DNA from: Phycisphaerae bacterium
GTDB lineage: Bacteria; Planctomycetota; Phycisphaerae; Tepidisphaerales; Tepidisphaeraceae
Reading direction: 5' to 3'
Assembly: GCA_031411495.1 (NCBI GenBank)
Contig: JANOBD010000081.1
Coordinates: 1,519-65,518 of the forward strand
Length of the DNA: 64,000 bases
Below, in pieces: positions 1 to 16,407 of the stretch; the stretch's first letter is position 1, and each line of letters begins with the position of its first letter. Made by a program: the position numbers and the translations under genes. Below the pieces are notes generated by a model. The model was not told where the DNA came from, ran no database searches, and saw nothing but the letters and a program-made list of their open reading frames with translations.

Positions 1-1162
1 ATCGCCTTCGACGACGACGCGGTCCTTCGACTGTTCGATCACGACGACCGAGTTCTGAACCGCGACGCCATCGCCGAGGGTGAAGACCTTGTCGAGCCCG
101 GCAAAGCTGTAGAGGGCGGCCGGCGGAACGATGCTGACGTCGTTTCGCTTGCCGACGGTAATCGTTCCCCGCGCGAACGATCCGGGATGAAGCGTTTGCG
201 ATGCATTGTCGAAGGTCACTTCGACCTGGAACGTGCGGCTGTTTTCATCGATCGAGGAACCGACCCGCGACACCTGCCCGGTGGCGGTGTTCGTGCTCGA
301 CTCGACGCGCAGCCTCACCGGCTGGCCCTGCTTCACGTCGCCGGCGTAGCGCTCCGGGACGGCCGCGCGGAGCTTCACCCGCTGGTCGGCGATCAATTTG
401 TACATCGTCGTGCCGGACTGGACGAGCTCGCCGATGTTCACGTGCCGTTCGGCGATCGCCCACTTCGTTCCCGGCGACATCTCCTGCGATTGCGGCGCGC
501 GAACGGTCGTGTCGTCGAGCTGCTGCTGCGCGATCCGCGCCGCTGCGTCGAGTGACTTCGCAGAGGCCAGGGTCGACTTCGCGTCGAGAATCGCCACGTC
601 GTAGTCGCGTTGGAAGACCCGATATTGAGTCTCGATGTCGGCGTAATCCTGTTCGCTGATGAGTGGCGGTGTCTGTTTGTAAAGCTGGCTCGCCCGATCG
701 AGCCGTGCCTTGGCATTTTCGGTCTGCACGGCGGCGCGCTGGACGGTCGCCACCGTCGCCGGATCGAAAGCCTCCGGCGGAAGCTGCGACAGGCCGAGCT
801 TTGCCAGCGCTTCGCCGAGCGCGAGCCGCTTCTGCTCGAGCGCGAACCGGTAATCGGTCTGATCGACCTGGGCGAGCACCGCGCCCGGATCGACGCGGTC
901 TCCGATGTCCGCGACCACCGCCACGACCCGGCCGGCCGACTTGGAGCTGATAACCGCTTCCTCTTCGCCGAACAGGGTTCCGGTCACTTCCACGGTCTTG
1001 TCGATGCTGCCGCGGGTAATGGGCATGACCTTCACGGCGACGGGATCGACGGGTTTTGTCGTGGCATTGCGGGAGGGCTCGCGCGTGCCGTCGCAACCGG
1101 TCGCAACGATTGTCGCGACGCAGGCGGCTGCAAAAAAGATCGGGATTGACCGGCACTTCATA
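1..1162 (-). CDS. RND/HlyD-family efflux membrane fusion (periplasmic adaptor) lipoprotein, C-terminus runs off the window start
   Basis: The ORF track does not list it because it is truncated by the window edge. Reverse-complement translation from ATG at 1160-1162 gives MKCRSIPIFFAAACVATIVATGC (lipobox) followed by typical MFP beta-barrel / coiled-coil hairpin / lipoyl-like sequence, and the frame stays open to position 1. Confidence 0.75.
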
Positions 1163-1178
1163 TCGCCTACCATTCTCC

Positions 1179-1222
1179 GTCAATACTGACGAGTCGGTTT
1201 TGGCGCATGGTATGGGCCCATG
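1179..1222. promoter_or_regulatory. Two palindromes (CGTCAATACTGACG at 1179-1192 and ATGGGCCCAT at 1213-1222) in the divergent MFP/TetR intergenic region; candidate TetR operator(s)
   Basis: Perfect inverted repeats read directly from the sequence, lying between the divergent starts at 1162 (-) and 1244 (+). Confidence 0.35.
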
Positions 1223-1243
1223 CCGGCTTGAGGCAAGCGTGAC

Positions 1244-1816
1244 ATGCAGAGACCCGACGAAGAAAAGCGAAAAACGATCCTGCGCGTCGCGCGAGACCTC
1301 TTTTCCCGAAAGCCTTACCACGAGGTCTTGCTGGACGACGTCGCCGCCGCCGCCCGCGTTGGCAAGGGGACGCTTTACATCTATTTTGAAAGCAAGGATC
1401 ACCTCTATCTCGAACTGGTGACGGAAGCGTTCGATGTGCTGCTGGACGATATCGACGAGCGCATCCGCGCCGATGCCGAGTCAAACTGGAAGCTGCTGGA
1501 GGACTTAATCGCACTCCTGGCCAAATGGATGGCGAAACATCCGACCATGTTCGACCTGATGGGCAGCAATATCCACCCGGTCCGGCGCGATGCGCTCAAA
1601 CAGCGGCGGCGGCGACTGGGCGTCTGCTTCGAGGCCGTGCTGCGGCGCGGCGTGGAAGCGGGCGAGATCGTGGATGCGCAGCCCGAACTCACGGCGCAGT
1701 TCATCCCGGCAATGGTTCGCTCCGGCGTCGTCTACGGCCGGCGCGGACTGAAGGCGGATGACATCGCCAGCCAGGTGGTGACGCTGCTGACCCGCGGCGT
1801 CAGGGGGCGTTCATGA
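1244..1816 (+). CDS. TetR/AcrR family transcriptional regulator
   Basis: N-terminal HTH signature ILRVARDLFSRKPYHEVLLDDVAAAARVGKGTLYIYFESKDHLY. It is 190 aa and sits immediately upstream of the efflux genes. Confidence 0.85.
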   Translation: MQRPDEEKRKTILRVARDLFSRKPYHEVLLDDVAAAARVGKGTLYIYFESKDHLYLELVTEAFDVLLDDIDERIRADAESNWKLLEDLIALLAKWMAKHPTMFDLMGSNIHPVRRDALKQRRRRLGVCFEAVLRRGVEAGEIVDAQPELTAQFIPAMVRSGVVYGRRGLKADDIASQVVTLLTRGVRGRS

Positions 1817-3198
1817 TCCGCCGTCTGACGTTGACAGCGACGCTCGCGCTCGCGATCGCCGGTTGCGCCCATTCACCTCCCGAGGATGCGCGTCGCTATC
1901 GAGAAATCCTCGACACCAATACGCCCGACCTCGCGTTTACTCCCGGACAGCCACTGTCGCTTTCGGATTCGCTCGCGCTTGCGAATCGCGCGAGTGAATC
2001 GCTCTCGATCCAGGGCGAGTCCTATCTGCGCGCAATCTACGACAAGCGCCGCGCCATCGCCGCCATCCTGCCGAGCGCGAACCTCTCGCCGAGCTACCGG
2101 ATTCGCCAGGGCGCCAGCGGCAGGGGATATGACGCCGACCTGGATATCCCGGTCGATGCAGAACTCGTCGTCTTCGACGCGAATCAGAACGTCAACGCGT
2201 ACTGGCGAGACGTCTACCTGATCGAGCGGGAGCGCGATCGCCTGCTCGAGGCGCAGGAGTCGCTGCTGTTCGATGTTGCACAGGTTTACTACTCGATCGC
2301 GCGCGCCGAGGCGCGGGTGAGGGTGCTGGAAAGCTCCCTGCAGGTGCAGGGCGAACGGCTCCGCGACACGCAGGGGCGGCAGAAGGCCGGCACGGCACGC
2401 CCGCTCGACGTATCGCAGACGGCGGCTCAATACGCGGCCACGCGCGTGCAATGGATCGAAGCGCAGCGACTGGTCGGCGACGGCCGGGCATCCCTCGCCG
2501 AGTTGCTCAACGAGCGCGTGCAGCAGTCGCCTCTGATCGACGGATTCGTGCCGGGTGACGCGATCTCGCCCTACGAGGTCCAGATCGAGACGGCACAGAC
2601 CCACCGCAGCCAACTCGCCGCCGCCGAGCGGTCGATCGTGGCGGCGCAGCGCGATTTGCGCGTCGCGATCGGCGCCTACTATCCGCGCGTGTCACTCGAT
2701 TTCTCGGCATTTCTTTACCGCGAGTCGGTTCCCGATGCCCGCACCTGGGAGGGCCTGCTCTCGGTCTCCTTTCCGATCTTTTCGGGTGGCCGGATCGATG
2801 CGGACGTGCGTACCGCCTGGAGCTTTCTGCGCGAAGCGCAACTCGTTGAAGCGCAGGCGCGGCGAAGCGTTTCGCGCGAAATCGATCAATCGATTCGCAA
2901 CCTGAAGGCCTCTCACGATCGAATTGCCGAACTGCAGGTGCAGCTCCAGGCGGCGACCGATGCGTTTACCCAGGCCGATGCATCGTACAAGGCGGGCCTC
3001 GCGACGAATCTCGAGCGCGTCACCGCGCAGGACGCGATGCTGCAGGCGCAGCTCGCATTGGCGACGGAGACCATCGACCAGAAAACCCTCTGGCTCGCGC
3101 TTCTAAAGGCCAATGGCACGCTGCGCGAAACGTTGCTCGACCAGCGTGCAATGCCGACCCCCTCGCCGGCCGATCCCAACTCACAGGAACCGGGGTGA
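1813..3198 (+). CDS. Outer membrane efflux protein (TolC-like outer membrane factor) lipoprotein
   Basis: Signal/lipobox LALAIAGCAH. Two-repeat alpha-helical OMF architecture, 461 aa. There is a 4-bp overlap with the TetR gene, and the gene ends directly upstream of the RND pump. Confidence 0.75.
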   Translation: MIRRLTLTATLALAIAGCAHSPPEDARRYREILDTNTPDLAFTPGQPLSLSDSLALANRASESLSIQGESYLRAIYDKRRAIAAILPSANLSPSYRIRQGASGRGYDADLDIPVDAELVVFDANQNVNAYWRDVYLIERERDRLLEAQESLLFDVAQVYYSIARAEARVRVLESSLQVQGERLRDTQGRQKAGTARPLDVSQTAAQYAATRVQWIEAQRLVGDGRASLAELLNERVQQSPLIDGFVPGDAISPYEVQIETAQTHRSQLAAAERSIVAAQRDLRVAIGAYYPRVSLDFSAFLYRESVPDARTWEGLLSVSFPIFSGGRIDADVRTAWSFLREAQLVEAQARRSVSREIDQSIRNLKASHDRIAELQVQLQAATDAFTQADASYKAGLATNLERVTAQDAMLQAQLALATETIDQKTLWLALLKANGTLRETLLDQRAMPTPSPADPNSQEPG

Positions 3199-3201
3199 TC
3201 C

Positions 3202-6396
<3,195 letters not shown>

Positions 6397-6508
6397 GGAC
6401 TTCCCCCGACGTTCAGGCCATCCGCTTTGCATTAAATAAATCAGTTCCAGTAGTGGGACAAAGTCGTCCCGCTGCAGGGACGTCTCGTATGCCGGCCAAT
6501 CGCGCCGT

Positions 6509-8875
6509 GTGTCGAATCAAACCGAAAGGCCCCGCGTGTCCGCCGAAAACAAACATCAACGCCCCATCGGAACGATGGCCCTGCTTGGCAGCTACACCCC
6601 GCGAAAGTGCGGCATCGCGACTTTCACCAAAGACCTCCGCGACGCGCTTTCCATCGAACTCTCTCCCGGCACAACCCGCGTGCTCGCCATGGATGACGGC
6701 GCAGAGAGCTACGACTATCCATCCGAAGTCCATTTCGAGATCCCCCAACACAAACAGTCCGCGTACCGACCTGCCGCCGAGATGCTCAACATCAATGAAG
6801 TTGATGTCTGCTGCATTCAGCATGAGTACGGGATCTACGGCGGAAATGACGGCTCCCACGTGCTCGACTTCGCGCGCGACCTGCGGATGCCGATAATCAC
6901 GACCCTCCACACCGTTCTGCCCGACCCATCACCCGGCCAGCGGACAGTGCTTCGGGAAATCATTCGCGTCAGCGATCGCGTCGTGGTGATGAGCCAGTGT
7001 GCCGAGCAGATCCTGACGAGCACTTACGGCGCTCGGTCGAATCGAATCACGCACATCCCGCACGGCATCCCGGATGTGCCGTTCGTCGACTCGAACTTCT
7101 ATAAAGACCAGTTCGATGTCGAAGGCCGAAAAGTAATCCTGACCTTCGGCCTGCTGGGCCCGGGTAAGGGGATAGAAGTCGCGATCAAAGCGATGGCGAA
7201 GGTGGTCGAGAAGCATCCGGATGCGGTTTACATCATCCTCGGCGCCACCCATCCGCACGTCCTGCGCCGCGAAGGCAATGCGTATCGCAACAGCCTCGTG
7301 CGGCTGGTGGAAGATCTGGGCCTGGAAAACAATATCCTCTTTCACAACCGGTACGTATCGCTGGCCGAATTGATTCGCTACATCGGCGTGGCCGACATTT
7401 ATGTGACACCGTATCCGAACGCTCAGCAGATCACTTCCGGCACGCTTGCCTACGCGCTGGGTGCTGGAAAGCCGGTCGTTTCAACCCCGTATCTTTACGC
7501 GAAGGAAATGCTCGCCGACGGCCGGGGCAGGTTCTTCGATTTCGGCAGCAGTGACGGACTCGCCGAGCAGGTCATCGACCTCTTTGACAACGAAACGGAA
7601 CGCCACGCCATCCGCAAGCGTGCGTACGTTCACGGTCGGCCGATGATCTGGAAGAATGTCGCGCGTTCCTACATCGCACTGGCGCGACAAGTCATCGATG
7701 AACGCGACAAGTTCCCCAAACTCGTCCGCTTCCAGCGCGCCAAGGCGATCGACCTCGAAGCGACGCCCGAGCTCAACTTGGCTCACCTCCGCCGGCTTAC
7801 GGACGGCGTCGGAATTCTTCAGCATGCGATCTACGCCACGCCGGATCGCAACCACGGGTACTGCATCGATGACAATTCGCGGGCGCTGATCGCATCCCTC
7901 AGCGCCTTTGATCTGACGAAAGACGAGTCGATCGTGCCGCTTGTCGATCGGTACATGTCTTTCTTGCACTATGGCTTCAACGAGGGCCAGAAGCGATTTC
8001 GCAACTTCATGACCTACGACCGTCGCTGGCTTGATGACGTGGGAAGTGAAGACGTTCACGGGCGAACGATCTGGGCACTGGGCTCGGCGGTCCGTCGGTC
8101 GCCGAGTTCGGCACTGACCGCGCTCGCGGTTCGATTGATTCAGCCGGCGGTTGAAACTGTCGAGCAGTTTACCTCGCCACGGGCCTGGGCATTCGCGCTC
8201 ATCGGCATTGACGAGTATCTTCAGACCTTCAGCGGCGACACGCTCGTTCGGCGCGTGCGCAATGAACTGGCGCAGCGGCTGCACAAGCGTTTCATTGAAA
8301 ACCGCGACCCGAACTGGCCGTGGTGCGAAGATGTGCTGACCTACGACAATGCCAAGCTTCCTCACGCCTTGATCGTTGCCGGCGATGCACTCGACGACGC
8401 GGCGATGCGGCAACAAGGATTCGCTTCCCTGCAATGGCTCGTCGAGCAACAATTGGTGGGCGGCCGGGTTTCGCTGATCGGCAATCACGGCTGGCTCGAT
8501 CGCAAGGGGCATCGTGCCCGTTTCGATCAACAGCCCATCGAGGCGATGGCCACGATCGAAGCGTGTGCAGCGGCGTGGCGGATCACCCGTGAAGACGCCT
8601 GGTACGAGCGGGCCCGCAAATTCCTCGACTGGTTCATCGGCAATAACGACACGGGGAGCACGCTTTACGACCACCAGACCGGGGGTTGCCGCGACGGTTT
8701 GAATGCCGCCGGCCCGAATCAGAACCAGGGAGCGGAGTCGACACTTGCGTGGCTGATCAGCCTGCTGACAATCATGGACTTGAACCGTTTGCGCACGCTG
8801 GATGACGCAGTGGACCCGCGTGGGCCGCTCGAGGATCCGCAAATCAGTTCAAGCCCGGTCGCGACGGGTGGCTGA
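6509..8875 (+). CDS. Fusion protein: N-terminal GT4-family glycosyltransferase + C-terminal (alpha/alpha)6-barrel glycoside-hydrolase-like domain
   Basis: The N-terminal ~400 aa have GT-B/GT4 features (...LLGPGKGIEVAIKAM..., EGFGL-like region). The C-terminal ~380 aa are a helical repeat domain resembling a six-hairpin glycosidase / GDE_C. An alternative start is ATG 6575 (MALLGSY...). Confidence 0.65.
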   Translation: MSNQTERPRVSAENKHQRPIGTMALLGSYTPRKCGIATFTKDLRDALSIELSPGTTRVLAMDDGAESYDYPSEVHFEIPQHKQSAYRPAAEMLNINEVDVCCIQHEYGIYGGNDGSHVLDFARDLRMPIITTLHTVLPDPSPGQRTVLREIIRVSDRVVVMSQCAEQILTSTYGARSNRITHIPHGIPDVPFVDSNFYKDQFDVEGRKVILTFGLLGPGKGIEVAIKAMAKVVEKHPDAVYIILGATHPHVLRREGNAYRNSLVRLVEDLGLENNILFHNRYVSLAELIRYIGVADIYVTPYPNAQQITSGTLAYALGAGKPVVSTPYLYAKEMLADGRGRFFDFGSSDGLAEQVIDLFDNETERHAIRKRAYVHGRPMIWKNVARSYIALARQVIDERDKFPKLVRFQRAKAIDLEATPELNLAHLRRLTDGVGILQHAIYATPDRNHGYCIDDNSRALIASLSAFDLTKDESIVPLVDRYMSFLHYGFNEGQKRFRNFMTYDRRWLDDVGSEDVHGRTIWALGSAVRRSPSSALTALAVRLIQPAVETVEQFTSPRAWAFALIGIDEYLQTFSGDTLVRRVRNELAQRLHKRFIENRDPNWPWCEDVLTYDNAKLPHALIVAGDALDDAAMRQQGFASLQWLVEQQLVGGRVSLIGNHGWLDRKGHRARFDQQPIEAMATIEACAAAWRITREDAWYERARKFLDWFIGNNDTGSTLYDHQTGGCRDGLNAAGPNQNQGAESTLAWLISLLTIMDLNRLRTLDDAVDPRGPLEDPQISSSPVATGG

Positions 8876-8900
8876 CGCGCGTGAAATCGAAAGAGAACTC

Positions 8901-10427
8901 ATGTCCAAGAGCCAACCGTTGCTTCGATCCCCGGCCATTGTCGAGGATGCCGTCGCGCCCGCAGACCTGCAGCAGCCGAAACGTCCGCCCCTGGTGAAAC
9001 GCCTCCCCATCAAGCTGAAGAGCGACGACCGACGGGTGATCGTTCGGCCGTTCATCCTCGGTCCCGATCGTGTTCAGTCGCTCTTTTCGCGAATCCGGGA
9101 TCTGTCTGAGGCGGAGGTCGATGCGACGCTCGCACATGTTCGCACGCTCTATGAGTCCCGCCACGACGATCTGCTTGCGACGTTTACCGAGCATTACGAG
9201 GCCGGCGCGGCGCTCATCGGCTGGAGTGATGAGTGGGCGCTCTCGCGGCGATTGCTCGCGGGTGCGTACCTGACGATGGAATACGCGATCGACTCGGCCG
9301 CGCTCTTCAACCCGTCGATCGTGGCGCTTCCGAACCAGAGCGGCGTCGCTCCCGATTCCCTGCGCGTCGTGCTGAGCCTCCGCGCGACTGGCGAGGGCCA
9401 TGTCAGCTCGATCGTTTTTCACACTGCCACCATCGAGGGCGACGGCGACGTCGTGCTCGATCCGCCGGCGCGACAACTCACCCGCGCCCGGGTCTCCCTC
9501 CCGCGCGCGTATGCGACGACGGCGTTCAAGGATCGGCTGCAACAGATGCATGTCGACGAAACGATCGTTCGCCGCGTGTTGGAACATCTGCCCGATCCGT
9601 TCGAGTTGCCTGCACTACATGCCGTGTGTCTCGAACTGCGCTCCGCGCTCTCTGGACACGCGGATCTGGTCCGCTCGACGCATGCGATCGAGCGGATCGC
9701 TTCCACGAACTATCGGATCGAGCTTGATGCCGACGACCAGATCAATGAGCTCGTTATCTTCCCGCTCGGGCCCGAGGAGGCTCGCGGGATCGAAGACCTG
9801 CGGCTCGTCCGCTTCGTCGACGGATCGCAGGTCACCTATTTCGGCACGTATACCGCGTATGACGGGTTCCGCATCACGCCGATGATGCTCAGCACGACCG
9901 ATTTCCGCACCTTCGAGGTGTTTTCCATCGCCGGCCCCAGCGCGATGAACAAGGGCCTCGCGCTTTTTCCGAGAAAGATCGACGATCATTACGTGATGTG
10001 CTCGCGCATCGACGGAGAGAATCTCTTCATCGTCCGCAGCAAGAGCCTCTACTACTGGCCCGAGTCTCACCAGCTCGTCAAACCCGAAATGCCCTGGGAG
10101 CTGTTTCAGCTCGGCAACTGCGGCAGCCCGATCGAAACCCCCGACGGCTGGCTGCTGCTCACACACGGCGTCGGGCCGATGCGGTCCTATTGCATCGGCG
10201 CGATGTTGCTGGATCTCAACGATCCGCTCAAGGTCATCGGACATCTCAAAGAGCCGCTCATCGTTCCCGATGAAGAGGAACGAGATGGGTACGTTCCCAA
10301 CGTCGTCTATACCTGCGGGATGATCGAACACAACGGTAATCTCATCATCCCGTACGCGCAGGCCGACAAGAGCACCGGCGTCACGGTCTTCGCGCTTCGC
10401 GATCTTCTTGACCGTCTTCGCAACTGA
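8901..10427 (+). CDS. GH130-family (beta-mannoside phosphorylase-like / DUF377) glycosidase with ~200-aa N-terminal extension
   Basis: The C-terminal half matches the GH130 5-bladed beta-propeller pattern (ALFPRKIDDHYVMCSRIDGENLFI..., GWLLLTHGVGPMRSYCIGAMLLDLNDPLKV..., VPNVVYTCGMI). I chose the start at ATG 8901 rather than the overlapping 8802. Confidence 0.65.
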   Translation: MSKSQPLLRSPAIVEDAVAPADLQQPKRPPLVKRLPIKLKSDDRRVIVRPFILGPDRVQSLFSRIRDLSEAEVDATLAHVRTLYESRHDDLLATFTEHYEAGAALIGWSDEWALSRRLLAGAYLTMEYAIDSAALFNPSIVALPNQSGVAPDSLRVVLSLRATGEGHVSSIVFHTATIEGDGDVVLDPPARQLTRARVSLPRAYATTAFKDRLQQMHVDETIVRRVLEHLPDPFELPALHAVCLELRSALSGHADLVRSTHAIERIASTNYRIELDADDQINELVIFPLGPEEARGIEDLRLVRFVDGSQVTYFGTYTAYDGFRITPMMLSTTDFRTFEVFSIAGPSAMNKGLALFPRKIDDHYVMCSRIDGENLFIVRSKSLYYWPESHQLVKPEMPWELFQLGNCGSPIETPDGWLLLTHGVGPMRSYCIGAMLLDLNDPLKVIGHLKEPLIVPDEEERDGYVPNVVYTCGMIEHNGNLIIPYAQADKSTGVTVFALRDLLDRLRN

Positions 10428-10592
10428 GACCTGATGCGCCGTCGGACAATCTCCCACGCCCTGTCGCGTAACCCAACCGACTGCCGATTTCCGCGAGTCT
10501 GTCTAGCCTACGCAACAGTCGAGTGACCGCTGCCATTGTCGGTAACGGTTCGACTCGGACAGTCAAACCCTTCCAAGTAGCGGAGAATTACT

Positions 10593-11417
10593 ATGCGTAA
10601 GCAGCTTCTAGCCAGCCTCATGCTTTCATGTGCCCTCGCCATGCCGGCCCTGGCCGATGACACCACAGGCCCGCGCGACGGCTCGGGACCCCAAAAGGTG
10701 AATCCCGACAACAACAACTCCGGCACCATCGTTGATGGGGACCGGATGCTCGGAAACCGCGATGATGCACAGAATCGGCAACTCTCCAACAACGGAGATC
10801 AGAAGGCGCAGGCGATCTTCGACCAGATCAAGCAGTCGCCCGACAAGGCCGGCGAAATGTTGTTCCTGCTCCAGGCCTCGATGGCCAACCAGTGTGAGAT
10901 CGAGTTCTCGAAAATCGTCGAGAGCAAGTCGAACGATCAGGCCGTGAAAGAACTCGCCAGGATGGTCCGCACCGACCACGAGCAGGCGCAACAGAAGGTC
11001 ACGAGCCTGGCGCGCTCGATGAATCTCGATCTTCCGGATTCACTTCCGCCGGGCCAACTCGCGTTTTACCAGGCGGTCGGCTCACTGCCTCCAGAACAGA
11101 TCGACCACTGCTATCTGCTCGGGCAGAAGGCAGCGCATGCGATGGCGATCACCGCGTTCGCCGACCAACAGGTCGAACTGAAGAACCCAGCGGTCAAGGC
11201 TTACGTTACCGAAACTCTGCCGAAGCTACGCGAACACGGGCAGGCCGTCGCCAAGCTCGCCAAGTCGAAGAATATCGGCAGCGCCGAACTGGCACTGGGC
11301 GGCGTATCGAACGAAGGCTCGATGGGCAACGTCGACCAGTCGCAGCACCGCGCGATGGATCGCGACGGCACCACCGACACGAACCGTAAGCCGACCGACA
11401 ATCAGGTTCCGCGCTGA
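10593..11417 (+). CDS. Secreted DUF4142-domain protein (predicted periplasmic/outer-membrane-associated)
   Basis: Signal peptide MRKQLLASLMLSCALAMPALA. The central region is a DUF4142-like 4-helix repeat (LLQASMANQCEIEFSKIVESK...; ...AHAMAITAFADQQVELKNPAVKAYVTETLPKLREH). Confidence 0.5.
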   Translation: MRKQLLASLMLSCALAMPALADDTTGPRDGSGPQKVNPDNNNSGTIVDGDRMLGNRDDAQNRQLSNNGDQKAQAIFDQIKQSPDKAGEMLFLLQASMANQCEIEFSKIVESKSNDQAVKELARMVRTDHEQAQQKVTSLARSMNLDLPDSLPPGQLAFYQAVGSLPPEQIDHCYLLGQKAAHAMAITAFADQQVELKNPAVKAYVTETLPKLREHGQAVAKLAKSKNIGSAELALGGVSNEGSMGNVDQSQHRAMDRDGTTDTNRKPTDNQVPR

Positions 11418-11476
11418 TCATCGCTCGCACGACTCTCTCCATATGTCGGCGGCCCGCACCTGGGGCCGCCGATTTC

Positions 11477-12604
11477 TCATTGGCGCGTCGGCAGATTCGG
11501 CATGAAGCGCAAGCCGCGAACATCCAACAGCAGTTCCTTCCGCAGCACATATCGAACCACAATTGCACCGGCGAACGGGATCAGGAACAGTTCCCACGCC
11601 GTCGGCCCGTTCAGGCGATGATCGAGGAACCACGCGATCGATGCGCACGCGAACACTTCAAACGCCGAGCTGATCATGAAATCGCGCCAGGGATGCGGCC
11701 GCACCAGCCAATGTTTCTGGGTCCGGACGTAACGCGCATGGAACAGTGCCGTTACCGCGACGGCGGCCAGATAGCTCAGTACGCTGCACTGCCACAGGTG
11801 AAGGTCGTGCCGACGGGTCAGCAGCTCATAAACTCCCAGCCCGAACAGGCAACTCAGCGACACCACGATCGCGAACTTGATCAGCGGGATCACGCGTGGG
11901 AACGAGAAATCGTACAGCCGGCTCAGGTGCTCGAGGTAGCGGAACTTCTCGCGGGCGTTGAGCTTGCTCTGGCCCTGGGTGCGGACGCCGAAGTGGATCG
12001 GAACTTCCACGAGCTTTTTCACGCGGCATTTGCAGATGAGTTCCAGCCCGATCTTGAAGCCCAGCGGCGCGAGGTGCTCGCCGCGCTCGAATACCGAGCG
12101 CGGCAGGGCGAAGTAGCCGCTCATGACGTCCTGCAGTTCGCCGGCGAAAGGCCGGGCGAGCGTCTTGGCGACCCAGCTTGTGAATTGCCTCGATACCGGC
12201 CAATCGTGCGAGGTCGATCCGCCTTCGACGCAGCGTGAGCCGACCGCGAACTCGGCCGACCCATTTTCGATCGGTGCGATGAGCGCCGGCAATCGTTCGG
12301 GGGGATGCTGCAGGTCGGCATCCATCACGACGAGAATCTCGCCGCGCGCTTTGCGCAGTCCAACCAGCACCGCGCCGCCGAGTCCGTCGATCGGGTTGGA
12401 TCGGGTGATGCAGCGGACAGGACTTGCCTTCGCGAGCTCGGCGCAGACCTGTTCCGTCCCGTCGCGCGAGTCGTCATCGACAATCAGCACCTCGTAGTCG
12501 CGTCCGACCAGCACCTGGCCGATCTGCGCGACCAATGCCGGCAGGTTTGCCGCTTCGCGCAACGTGGGAACGATGATGCTTATGAGAGCCACGATCTGTT
12601 TATC
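11477..12604 (-). CDS. GT2 polyprenol-phosphate mannosyl/glucosyltransferase (DPM1-like) with C-terminal GtrA-like membrane domain
   Basis: Motifs ISIIVPTLREAANL, YEVLIVDDDSRDGT, VVMDADLQHPP (the DxD / QxxRW region). The C-terminal ~120 aa are hydrophobic and GtrA-like. The start is probably GTG 12602-12604; the ORF track extends it to 12730 with an implausible leader. Confidence 0.7.
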   Translation of the reverse strand, partial: DKQIVALISIIVPTLREAANLPALVAQIGQVLVGRDYEVLIVDDDSRDGTEQVCAELAKASPVRCITRSNPIDGLGGAVLVGLRKARGEILVVMDADLQHPPERLPALIAPIENGSAEFAVGSRCVEGGSTSHDWPVSRQFTSWVAKTLARPFAGELQDVMSGYFALPRSVFERGEHLAPLGFKIGLELICKCRVKKLVEVPIHFGVRTQGQSKLNAREKFRYLEHLSRLYDFSFPRVIPLIKFAIVVSLSCLFGLGVYELLTRRHDLHLWQCSVLSYLAAVAVTALFHARYVRTQKHWLVRPHPWRDFMISSAFEVFACASIAWFLDHRLNGPTAWELFLIPFAGAIVVRYVLRKELLLDVRGLRFMPNLPTRQ

Positions 12605-12749
12605 GGCCAAATCGCGATGGTTGTCGCGTCCGGAATCGAGGCGAGCATCCTCAAACCGCGCGCCCCTAATAGTCGCGACGCCACACGTCGTCGGTCCGAA
12701 AAAGACCGATTCCGCATGGCGTCGCGACAAAACTGGAATTGCACAGACC

Positions 12750-16085
<3,336 letters not shown>

Positions 16086-16407
16086 TTTGAGAACCTCCAG
16101 TGGGATTGGCCGAGCGCGATGCGTTCGGCAGCGGCCTGTGGCCGCGTGTGGTTGCGGCCCGAGTTGCCGCGTTCCTCGCGGCGGCGGTTATACCAGACCG
16201 ATCCGCCGGCGGGCAGCAGCGAAATCGCGAATCCGCCGTCGTGAAACCGGATTTGCTGATAAATCGATCGGGCGGTTTCGTTGCTCACTTCTCAGCCGTT
16301 GATAGGCGTTTGCAGATCGCTTGGCACAGGTCATGCGCTGCGAGCGGGATGCCGTGGGCTGACGCGGCACGTGGAAGCAAAAGCGTCGTCCCTCTACACT
16401 CGCGGGC

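Noticed and set aside
245-1402. 385-aa ORF on - strand and several + strand ORFs (187-1149) overlapping the MFP region
   Set aside because: Arg/Gly/Ala-rich, low-complexity translations typical of off-frame reading in high-GC DNA. The true gene is the MFP in another - frame, which gives a clean lipoprotein/MFP sequence.
7481-10457. Long - strand ORFs (7481-8842, 8844-9587, 9615-10457) antisense to the GT4-fusion and GH130 genes
   Set aside because: Shadow ORFs in GC-rich sequence. No recognisable domains, and the sense-strand genes have clear family signatures.
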